Shown here: positions 9,946-20,517 of the stretch, piece after piece
Position numbering within the stretch: position 1 is the first letter of the stretch
Layout of the letters: every line of letters begins with the position of its first letter
NCBI GenBank assembly: GCA_025454115.1
Contig: JALOPB010000003.1
Location: 7,036 to 71,035 of the forward strand
From: Desulfobacterales bacterium
GTDB taxonomy: Bacteria; Desulfobacterota; Desulfobacteria; Desulfobacterales; SpSt-501
DNA: 64,000 bases
Direction of reading: 5' to 3'
Notes under the pieces: model-generated
The model's database searches: none
Told to the model about the DNA's origin: nothing
What the model saw: only the letters and a program-made list of their open reading frames with translations
Translations under genes and position numbers: made by a program

Positions 9946-10674
9946 ATGCAATTACCGGAATGCAGGATTCTAGCCGTTGACTCGGCCACACGCAGCTGCA
10001 GCGTGGCCGTGCGGGTGGGGGATCGGCTGGCGGCCGAAACGACGGTCGTATCCGACCGCACCCACTCCGTGCACCTGATGCGCATGATCCGGGAGGTGCT
10101 GGTCCTGGCGAATTCAAACCTTGCCGCGCTCGACGGATTGGCGGTGTCCGTCGGCCCCGGATCGTTTACCGGTCTGCGCATTGGAATCAGCACGGTCAAG
10201 GGGCTGGCGCTGGCCGGCGGAAAGCCCTGCGTCGGCGTCTCGAGCCTGGAGGTGCTGGCCTCCGGGTGTCTGCCCGGAGGCCGTGGCATTTGGGCGCTCA
10301 TGGACGCTCGCAAGGGCGACGTTTATGCCGGGCATTACCGCGAGTGCGATGGAGGTCTGGAGCGGGTGGCGCCGGAGGGGCTGCTGCCGCTGGAGGCGGT
10401 GCTGCGCACGGTCGACACGCCGCATGTGTTCGTCGGAGACGGCGCGCAACGGTATCAGGCGCGTATCCGGGACGTTCTGGGCGAGCTGGCCGCTTTTGCC
10501 CCGGCGGAGCACCATTTTCCGCGAGCCGGGATACTCGCGCGCCTGGCGCTGCCGCATCTGGCCGGCGGCCGGAGCCTTGAAGCGGGACGGATCGAGCCCC
10601 TCTACCTGCGCCAATCGGATGCGGAGCTGCAGCTGCGCAGTGCATCGGTCGAAGGCGACGAACGGAAGCCCTAA
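9946..10674 (+). CDS. tsaB: tRNA t6A37 biosynthesis protein TsaB (YeaZ)
   Basis: N-terminus RILAVDSATRSCSVAV, then GPGSFTGLRIGISTVKGLA. An alternative GTG start at 9904 overlaps the lon stop codon. Confidence 0.8.
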   Translation: MQLPECRILAVDSATRSCSVAVRVGDRLAAETTVVSDRTHSVHLMRMIREVLVLANSNLAALDGLAVSVGPGSFTGLRIGISTVKGLALAGGKPCVGVSSLEVLASGCLPGGRGIWALMDARKGDVYAGHYRECDGGLERVAPEGLLPLEAVLRTVDTPHVFVGDGAQRYQARIRDVLGELAAFAPAEHHFPRAGILARLALPHLAGGRSLEAGRIEPLYLRQSDAELQLRSASVEGDERKP

Positions 10675-10692
10675 CATATCCATAAGTATTCA

Positions 10693-10721
10693 TTGACAAA
10701 ACAAGAAATGAAAAATATATA
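10693..10721 (+). promoter_or_regulatory. Candidate sigma70 promoter for psd (TTGACA-N17-TATATA)
   Basis: ttgaca at 10693-10698 and tatata at 10716-10721, in an AT-rich 95-nt intergenic region. Confidence 0.4.
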
Positions 10722-10770
10722 ACTAATTTTTTTGCAAACCTAATAATCGCGACGTTTGAGAACTGCCGAC

Positions 10771-11460
10771 ATGGATGAATTCAGCTGGTCGGACCCCCCC
10801 AGTCGATGGGCGTTCCCGATCGCCAGAGCCGGGTATCCGCTCCTGTTTGGAGCGGCCTTTGTCACTCTGGTGTTGGCTCTCTTGGGCCTGACACCGCTGG
10901 CGCTGGCGGCGCTGGCCGGAACGCTGTGCATCGCCGGTTTTTTCAGAGACCCGGATCGGTTGATCCCCAGCCGGCCCGGGCTGGTGGTCTCTCCGGCGGA
11001 CGGACGGGTGATTTCCGTGGAGCGGGTCAGCGGCAATCCCTTTTTCAACGAAGAAATGCGAAAAGTCAGCATTTTCATGTCGGTCTTCAACGTGCATGTC
11101 AACCGCATTCCGACCGAGGGCCGGGTCTTTCACGTCCGCTATCAACCGGGCCGGTTCGTAGCGGCGGACCGCGCCGAGGCGTCCATGCGCAACGAACACA
11201 ATGCCGTTTTCCTGGAAACCAGCTATGGGAGACGGCTGTGTGTGGTGCAGGTCGCCGGATTGATCGCACGGCGCATCATCTGCATGGTCCAATCGGATGA
11301 AACCGTGCGTCGGGGTCAGCGGTTCGGCATGATTTGCTTCGGTTCGCGGCTGGATGTTTACCTGCCGCCGGATGTCGCTCTGTCCGTGTCGGTGGGCGAT
11401 CGGGTCCGGGCCGGAACCTCAATTCTCGGCAGTTTTTCCGAAATCGACACGCACCGATAA
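10771..11460 (+). CDS. psd: Phosphatidylserine decarboxylase proenzyme, short (Asd-type) form
   Basis: N-terminal TM helices, then motifs SPADGRV, SIFMSVFNVHVNR and the self-cleavage region FGSRLDVYLP. Confidence 0.85.
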   Translation: MDEFSWSDPPSRWAFPIARAGYPLLFGAAFVTLVLALLGLTPLALAALAGTLCIAGFFRDPDRLIPSRPGLVVSPADGRVISVERVSGNPFFNEEMRKVSIFMSVFNVHVNRIPTEGRVFHVRYQPGRFVAADRAEASMRNEHNAVFLETSYGRRLCVVQVAGLIARRIICMVQSDETVRRGQRFGMICFGSRLDVYLPPDVALSVSVGDRVRAGTSILGSFSEIDTHR

Positions 11461-11585
11461 TGCATCACATGCTTCAGGCGACCGCAACCATATCGGCATC
11501 GCGAGGCGCCGGCCGGTCGTGGAACCGGATGCACTGCCGGCTTTGATGCCCCAAAGGCGGGCGTTGACGTTCAGGAGGGGATAAA

Positions 11586-12608
11586 ATGGGATCCAAACAG
11601 TTTCATGTGGCCGTTGTGGGAGCAACCGGCGCGGTCGGCAACCAGATGATCGCCTGTCTCGAAGAGACGAACTTTCCGGTCAAACGCCTTACCATGCTGG
11701 CATCGTCGCGTTCCGTCGGCCGGCCGCTCCGGTTCCGGGGCGACTCCATCGAAGTGCAGGAACTCACCGAGCGATCGTTCAAGGGCATTGACATCGCGCT
11801 GTTCTCGGCCGGCGGCAGCACCAGTGAGACATTCGCTCCGATGGCCGCTCAAGACGGATGCGTCGTGATCGACAACTCGAGCGCTTGGCGCATGGACCCG
11901 CAGGTTCCGCTCGTGGTGCCCGAAGTCAATCCGCATGCCGTGGCCCAATATACGCAGAAGGGGATCATCGCCAATCCAAACTGCTCAACGATTCAGATGG
12001 TGGTCGCCTTGAACCCGATCCACCAAACGTTCAGGATTCGCCGCGTTGTGGTGTCCACCTATCAGTCGGTATCGGGCACCGGTAAAAAGGCCATTGACGA
12101 GCTGTTCAACCAGACGCGGGCGATGATCAACTTTCTGGATGTCGAGCGGTCGGTCTATCCGCACCGCATCGCTTTCAACTGCCTGCCGCACATCGACAAG
12201 TTTCTCGACAACGGCTATACCAAGGAAGAAATGAAGATGGTCAACGAAACCCGCAAGATCATGGAAGCTCCGGCGCTGGCTGTAACGGCGACCACGGTGC
12301 GGGTACCGGTCTTTTTCAGTCACAGCGAATCCGTCAATGTGGAAACCGAACGGCCCTGCCCGCCGGAGGAGGTCCGTCAGGTATTAGCCACCGCCCCTGG
12401 GGTCCGGGTGGTCGACGACCCCTCGCAGAACCGGTATCCGCTAGCGACGGACGCTGCCGGACAGGATCTGACGCTGGTCGGGCGTATCCGCAGGGACGAA
12501 TCCGTTCCGAACGGCATCAATCTGTGGATCGTTGCGGACAATATCCGCAAGGGCGCAGCCACCAATGCCGTTCAGATCGGCCAGATACTGACGCAGACGT
12601 ATTTGTAG
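11586..12608 (+). CDS. asd: Aspartate-semialdehyde dehydrogenase
   Basis: Motifs VAVVGATGAVG (NADP-binding), active-site NPNCSTIQM and VDNSSAWR. 340 aa. Confidence 0.95.
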   Translation: MGSKQFHVAVVGATGAVGNQMIACLEETNFPVKRLTMLASSRSVGRPLRFRGDSIEVQELTERSFKGIDIALFSAGGSTSETFAPMAAQDGCVVIDNSSAWRMDPQVPLVVPEVNPHAVAQYTQKGIIANPNCSTIQMVVALNPIHQTFRIRRVVVSTYQSVSGTGKKAIDELFNQTRAMINFLDVERSVYPHRIAFNCLPHIDKFLDNGYTKEEMKMVNETRKIMEAPALAVTATTVRVPVFFSHSESVNVETERPCPPEEVRQVLATAPGVRVVDDPSQNRYPLATDAAGQDLTLVGRIRRDESVPNGINLWIVADNIRKGAATNAVQIGQILTQTYL

Positions 12609-12661
12609 ACCGGTGGCGCAACCGTTACGTGAAACTGCCATTCGACATCAGGAGCGAAACG

Positions 12662-13129
12662 TTGGAACGAATCCCCGTCACTCCGGAAGGCTATGCGGCC
12701 ATCCGGCGAGAACTTGAGAATCTAAAGCGCGTGGAGCGCCCCGAAAACATTCGAGCGATCGAGGAAGCGCGGTCCCACGGCGATCTGAGCGAGAATGCGG
12801 AATACGCGGCCGCCAAAGATCGCCAGGGGTTCATCGAGGGTCGCATCATTGAGCTGGAATACAAAATGGCGTGCCTGGAGATCATTCACCCGCACAACCT
12901 GCCCAAGGACCGGGCGGTGTTCGGCAGTCGCGTCCGGCTTGAGAACCTGGAAACCGGGCAGGATGTGGAATACCAGTTGGTGGGTCCCGACGAGTCAGAT
13001 GTGGGAAACGGACGCATTTCCATCGCCTCCCCGCTGGGCCGGGCTATCCTGGGAAGGAAACCCGGGGACGAGCTGGTGATTGATGTGCCGGGTGGCAAGC
13101 GCACCTACGAACTGGTTGAAATCTGTTAG
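12662..13129 (+). CDS. greA: Transcription elongation factor GreA
   Basis: Motifs IPVTPEGYAAIRRELENLK, AREHGDLSENAEY-like and SPLGRAILGRKPGD. There is no in-frame ATG, so a TTG at 12662 preceded by caggagcg is the best start. The upstream part of track ORF 12524 overlaps asd. Confidence 0.85.
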   Translation: MERIPVTPEGYAAIRRELENLKRVERPENIRAIEEARSHGDLSENAEYAAAKDRQGFIEGRIIELEYKMACLEIIHPHNLPKDRAVFGSRVRLENLETGQDVEYQLVGPDESDVGNGRISIASPLGRAILGRKPGDELVIDVPGGKRTYELVEIC

Positions 13130-13159
13130 ACCCCAATCCATTTACGGAGGATACAAAAC

Positions 13160-13366
13160 GTGGCACGGATCACGGTTGAAGATTGTCTGAAAAAAGTCCC
13201 TAACCGCTTTCAGCTGGTTAACATGGTCGCCAAGCGAGTGCGGCAGATTCGAGAAGGATCCGACTATTTGGTCAGCTCACCCAAGAACGAAGATGTGGTC
13301 ATTTCCCTGAGAGAGATTGCGGCTGGGCGAATCGTTTCGAGGGAGCCCAAGCCAGACGAGGAATAG
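13160..13366 (+). CDS. rpoZ: DNA-directed RNA polymerase omega subunit
   Basis: Sequence MARITVEDCLKKVPNRFQLVNMVAKRVRQI. 68 aa with a GTG start. Confidence 0.9.
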   Translation: MARITVEDCLKKVPNRFQLVNMVAKRVRQIREGSDYLVSSPKNEDVVISLREIAAGRIVSREPKPDEE

Positions 13367-13373
13367 CGGTCAT

Positions 13374-14105
13374 TTGTCCGGCCCTGGTTATGCATACAAG
13401 GCGCTCAATCGCGCCGTTGGCAAAGCCATTCATGATTATGACATGATCCGGGACGGGGATCGGATCCTGGTGGGGCTCTCCGGCGGGTCCGATAGCCTGG
13501 CCCTGCTGTGGATGCTGGCCGAGCGTCGGCCGCGAATCCGCATCACTTACCATCTGGAGGCGGCTTATCTCGATCCGGGCTTCGGCGGGCACGCCGCTGA
13601 AGCGCTGAAGCCCTTTTGTGAGCGCTTAGGGGTTTCGCTGCACAGCGAAGTAACCGATTTCGGTGTGGTGAGTCACGGTCCGCTGAATCGTGAAAATCCC
13701 TGTTTTCTATGTGCACGCTTACGCCGTAAACGGCTTTTTGAAATCGCAGCGGAGCTGGACTGCCGAACGCTGGCGCTGGGCCACAACCGAGACGACGTCA
13801 TCGAGACCCTTTTTCTGAATATCTGCTATGCGGGCGAAATCAGCACGATGCGACCGGCCCAGGACCTGTTCAGCGGGCGTTTCAGGGTGGTTCGGCCCAT
13901 GGCCTACGCCGATGAGCAACTCATCCGGCGGTTCGTGAACGAATGGGATCTGCCGGTCACCACGAACCCCTGTCCGTCGGCCGGCCGCTCTCGAAGGGCT
14001 GAAATCAAGGATCTGCTTCAACAACTTTACCGCAGCAACCGCAAAATCAAAGGCAATATCTTCCGAGCCATGCGTCATGTGAAGCCGGAGTATCTGTTGA
14101 AGTGA
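13374..14105 (+). CDS. TtcA-family PP-loop ATPase (tRNA thiolation)
   Basis: PP-loop GLSGGSDS, plus CFLCARLRRKRL and LALGHNRDD. The start is uncertain: a TTG at 13374 lies just after the rpoZ stop, while the track start at 13317 overlaps rpoZ. Confidence 0.75.
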   Translation: MSGPGYAYKALNRAVGKAIHDYDMIRDGDRILVGLSGGSDSLALLWMLAERRPRIRITYHLEAAYLDPGFGGHAAEALKPFCERLGVSLHSEVTDFGVVSHGPLNRENPCFLCARLRRKRLFEIAAELDCRTLALGHNRDDVIETLFLNICYAGEISTMRPAQDLFSGRFRVVRPMAYADEQLIRRFVNEWDLPVTTNPCPSAGRSRRAEIKDLLQQLYRSNRKIKGNIFRAMRHVKPEYLLK

Positions 14106-14878
14106 GCATGCGGGACGTCCAAAACGACAGGGATTTTCGAAACATTCCGATCAACCAGGTGGGGATCAAGAACCTGCGTTATCCCGTCCGCGTGCGGGAC
14201 CGACGCGATGGGTTCCAGCACACCGTGGCCACGATCAATATGTTCGTCGACCTGCCGCACGAATACAAGGGCACCCACATGAGCCGCTTCGTGGAAATGC
14301 TGCACGACTTGAAGCCGGAAGTTTCTCTCCAAAAATTTTCGGTCATCCTCGACCATATGAAAAAATTTTTAAACGCGGCCTCCGCTCACCTGGAAATGGC
14401 CTTCCCCTATTTCATCGAAAAAAAAGCGCCGATCAGCATGGCCACCGGACTGATGGACTACGCCTGCCGGATCGTGGGGTCGAGCGACGCCTCCGACAAA
14501 GTGGATCTCATGTCCGAGGTGGTGGTGCCCATCACGTCCGTATGCCCGTGTTCGAAGGAAATCAGCGATTTTGGCGCTCACAACCAGCGGGGAGAGGTCC
14601 GGCTGCGCCTGCGCTTTAAAAAGTTCATCTGGTTGGAGGACATGATTGAACTGGTAGAATCCACGGCGTCGAGCGACGTTTACTCGGTTCTAAAGCGAGT
14701 CGATGAAAAATGCGTCACCGAACGCGCCTACCAGAATCCCAAGTTTGTGGAGGATATGGTTCGCGACGTGGCCAAGCGCCTGGTCGCGGACCCCAATATC
14801 ACCTGGTTTTCGGTCAGCGCCGAAAACTTCGAGTCCATTCACAACCACAGCGCCTACGCTCATATCATTTCCGGGTAA
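14102..14878 (+). CDS. folE2: GTP cyclohydrolase FolE2/MptA (type IB)
   Basis: Motifs DVQNDRDFRNIPINQVGIKNLRYPV, KGTHMSRF and SVCPCSKEIS...AHNQR. The GTG at 14102 overlaps the upstream stop codon. An alternative ATG lies at 14108. Confidence 0.85.
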   Translation: MSMRDVQNDRDFRNIPINQVGIKNLRYPVRVRDRRDGFQHTVATINMFVDLPHEYKGTHMSRFVEMLHDLKPEVSLQKFSVILDHMKKFLNAASAHLEMAFPYFIEKKAPISMATGLMDYACRIVGSSDASDKVDLMSEVVVPITSVCPCSKEISDFGAHNQRGEVRLRLRFKKFIWLEDMIELVESTASSDVYSVLKRVDEKCVTERAYQNPKFVEDMVRDVAKRLVADPNITWFSVSAENFESIHNHSAYAHIISG

Positions 14879-14926
14879 GATCGAGTGCCAGGCGAGGGAG
14901 GCCCTTGCGAGAGTCGACCGTGCGGG

Positions 14927-15364
14927 TCAGCTGTCGAGAATCAGTGTGACCGGGCCCTCGTTGATGAGTGATACGGCCATGAGCGCCTGAAAACGCCCGG
15001 TCTGGACACAGACGCCCAATGCCCTCGTTTGCCGAATGAAATGCTCGTAAAGATCGGTCGCCCGTGCCGGCTCGGCGGCGTTGATGAAAGACGGCCGTCG
15101 GCCCTTGCGGCAGTCACCCAGCAGGGTGAATTGAGATACGACCAGCATTTCTCCGCCGATATCCAGCAGCGAGCGATTGAGCTTCCCATCCGCGTCCTCG
15201 AAAATCCGCAAATGAACAATCTTGCCGGCCAGATACTCCGCGTCCGTGGAGCTGTCGGCCTTCGAAACCCCGAGCAGGACCAACAGCCCGTTGCCAATGC
15301 GGCTGATCATCTCATGCTGGACCCGGACCGATGCTTCACTGACTCGTTGAACCACGGCACGCAT
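14927..15364 (-). CDS. dtd: D-aminoacyl-tRNA deacylase
   Basis: N-terminus MRAVVQRV, plus SQFTLLGD and [10 protein letters not shown]. Start taken at the internal ATG at 15364. Confidence 0.9.
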   Translation of the reverse strand: MRAVVQRVSEASVRVQHEMISRIGNGLLVLLGVSKADSSTDAEYLAGKIVHLRIFEDADGKLNRSLLDIGGEMLVVSQFTLLGDCRKGRRPSFINAAEPARATDLYEHFIRQTRALGVCVQTGRFQALMAVSLINEGPVTLILDS

Positions 15365-15389
15365 GCTGCCTCCTGCCGACCGCGTTCCG

Positions 15390-17654
15390 TCAACCCCTTG
15401 GCTTTTTGAGAAGCTGCTCAAACGGATTGTGAAACGGCCGAGGCGATCCACCCCGGGCCGAAGGATTCGGTCTGGAACGGGGGGGTGCGGCCGCGGGCGG
15501 ACGGGACCGTTCGCGCCGCTCGGCGCCCGTTTTCATCGAAAGGGCAAAGCGGCGACGTTCGGTGTCCACCGAAAGCACCGTCACCTCCACCTTTTGATGC
15601 ACTTTGACCAGCTCCAGCGGGTTTTTTACGAAGCGATCCGACAGCTCGCTGATATGAACGAGCCCGTCGTGGTGCACGCCGACATCCACAAAGGCGCCGA
15701 AGGCGGTGACGTTTGTCACCATGCCGGGCAGGCGCATGCCGGGAGTTAAATCGGCAAGATCGGAAATATTTCGGGCAAACGCAAACAGCTCAAACTCGCG
15801 GCGCGGATCCCGCCCGGGCTTTTCCAGCTCGGTCAGAATATCTTGCAGGGTCGGCAGCCCTTGAGTCGGACTGACGTAACGAGACAGATCGATCTTCGTC
15901 CGCATCTTGGGATCGGCTAATAAGATTGACATGCTGCACCCGATATCGGAAGCCATGGCTTGAACCAACGGATAACTCTCCGGGTGGACGGCACTGGCGT
16001 CGAGGGGGTTATCGCCGCCCCGAATCCGCAAAAAGCCTGCGCATTGTTCGAACGCTTTAGGGCCGAGGCGAGGGACGTGCAGCAACTCCGTGCGGGATCG
16101 AAAAGGGCCGTGGGCATGGCGGTAGGCCAGGATGTTCTGGGCCAGCTGGGGTCCCAGACCGGATACGTAAGTGAGAAGCTCCAGGCTGGCCTGATTTAAA
16201 TCGACGCCGACACGGTTGACACAACTGATCACCACATCGTCGAGAGCCTGTCGAAGAGCCGCGGGGTCGACATCGTGCTGATATTGCCCGACACCGATGG
16301 ACTTGGGATCGATTTTAACCAGCTCCGCTAGCGGATCCATGAGGCGCCGTCCGATGGACACCGTCCCACGGACGGTCAGATCGAGATCGGGGAATTCCAG
16401 GCGAGCCGTCTCAGAGGCTGAATAGATCGATGCACCGCTCTCATCCACCTGAACCACGGCGAGGCCGGCAGGCAGCGCGAGGGATCGCAGGAACTGGTCG
16501 GTTTCGCGTCCGGCCGTGCCATTGCCGACGGCGATCACCTCGATGCGGTCGTCCGCGACCAGCTGCAGGATGGTTTGGGCGGCTTCGCTGCGTTGGCGGT
16601 CGGAACCGTGAGGGAAGACGGTTGCGTGGTGCAGCAGGCGGCCCTGCTCGTCCAGACAGGCTAATTTGCAGCCGGTCCGGAAACCGGGGTCGACCGCCAG
16701 GACCCGCCGCGGTCCGAGCGGTGAGGCCAGCAGCAACTCCCGCAGGTTTTCGGCAAAGACCCGGATGGCTTCGGCATCGGCCCGTACCTTGATCGCCAGC
16801 CGCAGCTCCGTTTCCAGGGAACGGCTGAGCAGACGCCGATACGCGTCGTGTGCCGCCGTACGGACCTGCTCGGCATCCGCCGCCGTTCCCTTGACGAACA
16901 TCGCGTCGAGAAGGTCGAGCGCTTCGGCTTCCGGCGGCAGCCAGGATAGGTTCAACACCTCTTCGCGTTCGCCGCGGCGCATGGCGAGCACGCGATGGGA
17001 CGGTGCGGAGACCGCCGGTTCTTCCCAGTCGAAATAGTCTCGGAATTTGGCCCCGGCCGCCTCCATTCCGGATGATACGTTGCTGATGAGCTTTGCATGC
17101 TGCCAGAAATAATCGCGCAAACGGGTGCGTGCCGCTGCGTCTTCGTTGATCATTTCAGCGATAATGTCTCGAGCGCCGGCCAGGGCATCCTCAATCGACT
17201 CCACCCCTTTTCCCGAATCAACGAATTCGGCAGCAGCCGTTTCGGGGAGGGTGCCCTTCTGGTCGAATATCAACCGGGCCAGGGGATCGAGCCCTTTCTC
17301 TCTCGCCGCCATGGCCCGGGTGCGGCGTTTCGGCCGGAACGGCAAGTAGAGATCCTCCAGCGCAGCCATGGTTTCAGCGGCGAGCACCTTGGCCTTCAAT
17401 TCATCGGTCAGGTGACCGTGCTGAGCCAGCGATTTCAGGATCGATTCGCGTCGGTCATTCAGCTCGCGCAACTGGTCGAGGCGGTCGCGGATTCCGCCAA
17501 CGGCGATTTCATCCAGACTTCCCGTTGCCTCCTTGCGGTAGCGCGCAATAAACGGAATGGTAGCGCCCTCGGCCAGTAGGGCGGCAACGGCTGCCACCTG
17601 GGAGGGGTGGATGGATAGTTGCTGAGCGATGAGGTGGATCGAATCGATGGACAT
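15390..17654 (-). CDS. tex: Tex-like transcription accessory protein (S1 RNA-binding domain)
   Basis: Motif [10 protein letters not shown], a YqgF/RuvC-like core, an HhH region and a C-terminal S1 domain ([16 protein letters not shown]). The ATG at 17654 has an aaggag upstream. An alternative ATG lies at 17675. Confidence 0.95.
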   Translation of the reverse strand: MSIDSIHLIAQQLSIHPSQVAAVAALLAEGATIPFIARYRKEATGSLDEIAVGGIRDRLDQLRELNDRRESILKSLAQHGHLTDELKAKVLAAETMAALEDLYLPFRPKRRTRAMAAREKGLDPLARLIFDQKGTLPETAAAEFVDSGKGVESIEDALAGARDIIAEMINEDAAARTRLRDYFWQHAKLISNVSSGMEAAGAKFRDYFDWEEPAVSAPSHRVLAMRRGEREEVLNLSWLPPEAEALDLLDAMFVKGTAADAEQVRTAAHDAYRRLLSRSLETELRLAIKVRADAEAIRVFAENLRELLLASPLGPRRVLAVDPGFRTGCKLACLDEQGRLLHHATVFPHGSDRQRSEAAQTILQLVADDRIEVIAVGNGTAGRETDQFLRSLALPAGLAVVQVDESGASIYSASETARLEFPDLDLTVRGTVSIGRRLMDPLAELVKIDPKSIGVGQYQHDVDPAALRQALDDVVISCVNRVGVDLNQASLELLTYVSGLGPQLAQNILAYRHAHGPFRSRTELLHVPRLGPKAFEQCAGFLRIRGGDNPLDASAVHPESYPLVQAMASDIGCSMSILLADPKMRTKIDLSRYVSPTQGLPTLQDILTELEKPGRDPRREFELFAFARNISDLADLTPGMRLPGMVTNVTAFGAFVDVGVHHDGLVHISELSDRFVKNPLELVKVHQKVEVTVLSVDTERRRFALSMKTGAERRERSRPPAAAPPRSRPNPSARGGSPRPFHNPFEQLLKKPRG

Positions 17655-17879
17655 GAAACTCCTTGCAGGGGTCATTGCGATGACCGGTTTCCTAGAATGA
17701 CAACGGAGCTGCTCCTTTAGCTGCGCTGGTCGGGAAAGTCAAGCCATGCGCAGTCGCTTCATCCATGCAGTGCCGGCTCACCCGATGGTCGAAATCTGCT
17801 CAAGCAACGGACCGTTCGGACCGATAATCCCATCAGGCCGTTTCGGCCCACCATTGATGCATCAGACGGTGTCCGCGGA

Positions 17880-20462
17880 ATGAACTGGAACTCCTGGCAC
17901 TTCCCCAAACGCCGCCCCCAGACCCAGTTGCAGCGCAAGCTCCAGCTGGCCTTCGGGCTTTTTTTCCTCCTGCCCGTTGGGGGGTTTATTTTTTTCAGCC
18001 AGCGTTACGGCATCCTGGGAGATGAATATGTTCCTTATTTTCTGCTTGGCTTCCTGGTATGCGCCTATATCGGATACGGCATCCTCAAGAACCTGTTCCA
18101 GCGCATCACCGTCCTGTCGAACGCTGTGCGGTCCTCCCCGATGATGGTTTCGAGTGCGGACGGGGCATCTCTGCCTGCCGATGAACTGCATGCCATCGCC
18201 CAGTGCTTTCAGTCCATCCGGAATCACTTCGGTCAAACCGTTCAACAACTCGAAAAAAAGTCCGCCGGCATCTCGGTGCTCAAGGACCTGTCCGAGCTGT
18301 GCTATGTTACCTTTGACACGGAGGAAATCCTTTACGTGATGCTGGAGCGAGCGCTGCTGCTGACCAACTCGGATCTCGGGTCGGTGTTGACCCTCGATCC
18401 GTCCGAGCCGAAGGCGTTTCGGGTCAAGGCCACCATCGGCCTCGGAGAGCATGTCAAATCCGGCGACCGTATCGATTTCGATTCCAGCATCGCCAAGTAC
18501 GCGGTCATCAACAAATCACCGCTGGTGGTGGAAAACATCGAAGCAGATAAGCGCTTTGGCCGATCCAATCTTCCCCACTATGGTTCGAAGTCTTTTGTAT
18601 GTATGCCGATCAAGACCAGCAAGACCATTATCGGCGTGCTCACGATTTCCACCAGCGATGCCCAGCGGCGATATTCCCAGGACGAAAGCGAACTGTTGAC
18701 GCCGCTGCTGAGCAATGCCGCCTTTACGTATGAAAACCTTCGCCTGCTCCGGGAGAACGATCGCGCCGCCGTCTGCCTCCGGACCGTCGACCGGATGGTC
18801 AAGCTGCTGAACTCGAGTTTTCGAGACGGCGATCTCATTCACACGGTGCTGCACGAGCTTCACGGCACGCTACCGTATGAGGCTGCCGGTATTCTCGTGA
18901 AGGATGAAACCAAAGCCAAAACCCTCTGGGTCAAAGAGTGGGTCAGTTTCACCGCCAGCACGGTGTTGAGGCATTCTGAGCATACCTATGAGGGCTCGGT
19001 CATCGAGAAAGCCCTGCAACAGGAATCCTGCATGATTCTGGAAGCCCCGCCGGGCGAGGTGACGCCGTTGGACCAGGCGCTTTTCCCAACGCCTGGCGCC
19101 GGCAGCTGTTTTTTAGCTCCGCTGAGGACGGGAGGCCGGATCCTGGGCATTCTGGTAATGGTTGCACGCAACGGCGAGACGTTCCGGGAAGCGCAGAATC
19201 TGGTCAGCTGGATCGCCGGCGGACTGGCGTTGGCGGTGGACCGCAATCGACTGCTGGGCGCCGTTCTCAAGCGCACGCAGGAGATGGAAACCATTCGCCA
19301 AGTCGGCGGGGCGCTGGCGTCCTCGACCTTCGACATGAACAAGGTCCTGCAATACACGATGGACATGATTCGGGAGGTGGTCAATGTCGAGGCCGGGTCC
19401 CTGCTGTTCTTGGAAGGCCAGGAATTGGAGGTGGCGGTAGCGTTCAACGGGAGCCTGCCGGCACTGCAGACGTTTCGGCTCAAACTGGGTCAGGGTATCG
19501 CCGGGTACGTGGCGGCACGCGGTGAGGCGGTCATCGTCAACGACACCGAAAAATCCATGCAGTTCTTCCCGGTGATCGATGAGGTGTCCGGCTTTCGTAC
19601 CCGTTCGGCGCTGTGCGTTCCCATGATTTCCCAGGGCCGGGTCACCGGGGTCATCGAAGTGCTGAACAAGGTATCCGGGCACTTTGACACCAACGACCGC
19701 GATCTGCTGCAGGCCATTGCGGCATCGGTCAGCATTGCGCTGGAGAACGCGCGCTTATACAAAAAAACGGTAGCCGCCGCCGAGCATGAACGCGATGTGC
19801 GCCGCCTGTTTCAAACCTTCGTGCCGAAGGAAGTCGTGGACAAGATCATCCATGGCCTGGAGGGCGGCAAACCGGTCATTGAAGAAGTCAAAACGATCAC
19901 GCTGCTGAACATCGACATCCGTGGATTCTCACGGATCGCCCAGCAGATCGGCCCTCCGAAGACGGTGGCGCTGTTGAACCGGTTTTTCGAAGCGATGGGC
20001 GATTTGGTGTTTAAGCATCACGGCATTGTCGACAAATATATCGGCGACGGGTTCCTGGCGGTTTTCGGGGCGCCGGTCTCCAGCGTCGCCGATCCGGACA
20101 ATGCCCTGCAGGCGGCGCTCGACATGAAGCGTTCGCTGGCGGACTTGAACCTGCGGCTGAACCGTGAGATGGGGCGCACCATCGAAATGGGAATCAGCGT
20201 CCATACCGGTGAAGTAGTGGCCGGCAACATCGGCTTCGAGAAAAAAATGGATTATACCGTGATCGGCGATGCGGTCAACACCGTGTTTCGGCTGCAAGGC
20301 CTTGCCAGAGCCTTCCCAAACGGAATTCTGATCAGCGATGCGACCTTGCGGGCGGTGCGCGCCCGCCCCGCCGTGAATGCAGTCTCCCTGCCGGCGGATT
20401 TTCCAGCCGACCTCGGCGGCCTGAAGGTTTACGAACTGCTCGAACTTGACAAACCCGCCTGA
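17880..20462 (+). CDS. Membrane-anchored multi-GAF class III adenylate/guanylate cyclase
   Basis: 860 aa with two N-terminal TM helices and three GAF-like blocks. The C-terminal cyclase domain shows LNIDIRGFSRI, KYIGDGFLAVFGAP, GISVHTGEVVAGNIG and YTVIGDAVNTVFRLQ. Confidence 0.9.
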   Translation: MNWNSWHFPKRRPQTQLQRKLQLAFGLFFLLPVGGFIFFSQRYGILGDEYVPYFLLGFLVCAYIGYGILKNLFQRITVLSNAVRSSPMMVSSADGASLPADELHAIAQCFQSIRNHFGQTVQQLEKKSAGISVLKDLSELCYVTFDTEEILYVMLERALLLTNSDLGSVLTLDPSEPKAFRVKATIGLGEHVKSGDRIDFDSSIAKYAVINKSPLVVENIEADKRFGRSNLPHYGSKSFVCMPIKTSKTIIGVLTISTSDAQRRYSQDESELLTPLLSNAAFTYENLRLLRENDRAAVCLRTVDRMVKLLNSSFRDGDLIHTVLHELHGTLPYEAAGILVKDETKAKTLWVKEWVSFTASTVLRHSEHTYEGSVIEKALQQESCMILEAPPGEVTPLDQALFPTPGAGSCFLAPLRTGGRILGILVMVARNGETFREAQNLVSWIAGGLALAVDRNRLLGAVLKRTQEMETIRQVGGALASSTFDMNKVLQYTMDMIREVVNVEAGSLLFLEGQELEVAVAFNGSLPALQTFRLKLGQGIAGYVAARGEAVIVNDTEKSMQFFPVIDEVSGFRTRSALCVPMISQGRVTGVIEVLNKVSGHFDTNDRDLLQAIAASVSIALENARLYKKTVAAAEHERDVRRLFQTFVPKEVVDKIIHGLEGGKPVIEEVKTITLLNIDIRGFSRIAQQIGPPKTVALLNRFFEAMGDLVFKHHGIVDKYIGDGFLAVFGAPVSSVADPDNALQAALDMKRSLADLNLRLNREMGRTIEMGISVHTGEVVAGNIGFEKKMDYTVIGDAVNTVFRLQGLARAFPNGILISDATLRAVRARPAVNAVSLPADFPADLGGLKVYELLELDKPA

Positions 20463-20517
20463 TCCCTTTAGGCTTTTCTTTTCAAATGACTTCATTCACG
20501 ATTCCCCTGGAGAAAAC

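Noticed and set aside
9011-10117. 368-aa minus-strand ORF antisense to lon and tsaB, together with similar ORFs at 9819-10313, 10114-10683 and 10298-10699.
   Set aside because: These are Pro/Arg/Gly-rich with no recognisable domain. The opposite strand encodes the unmistakable Lon protease domain and TsaB.
11461-11585. Possible amino-acid riboswitch (lysine or SAM type) in the 125-nt leader of asd.
   Set aside because: The leader is too short for an L-box, and I could not find any conserved riboswitch core motifs. There are only generic GC-rich hairpins.
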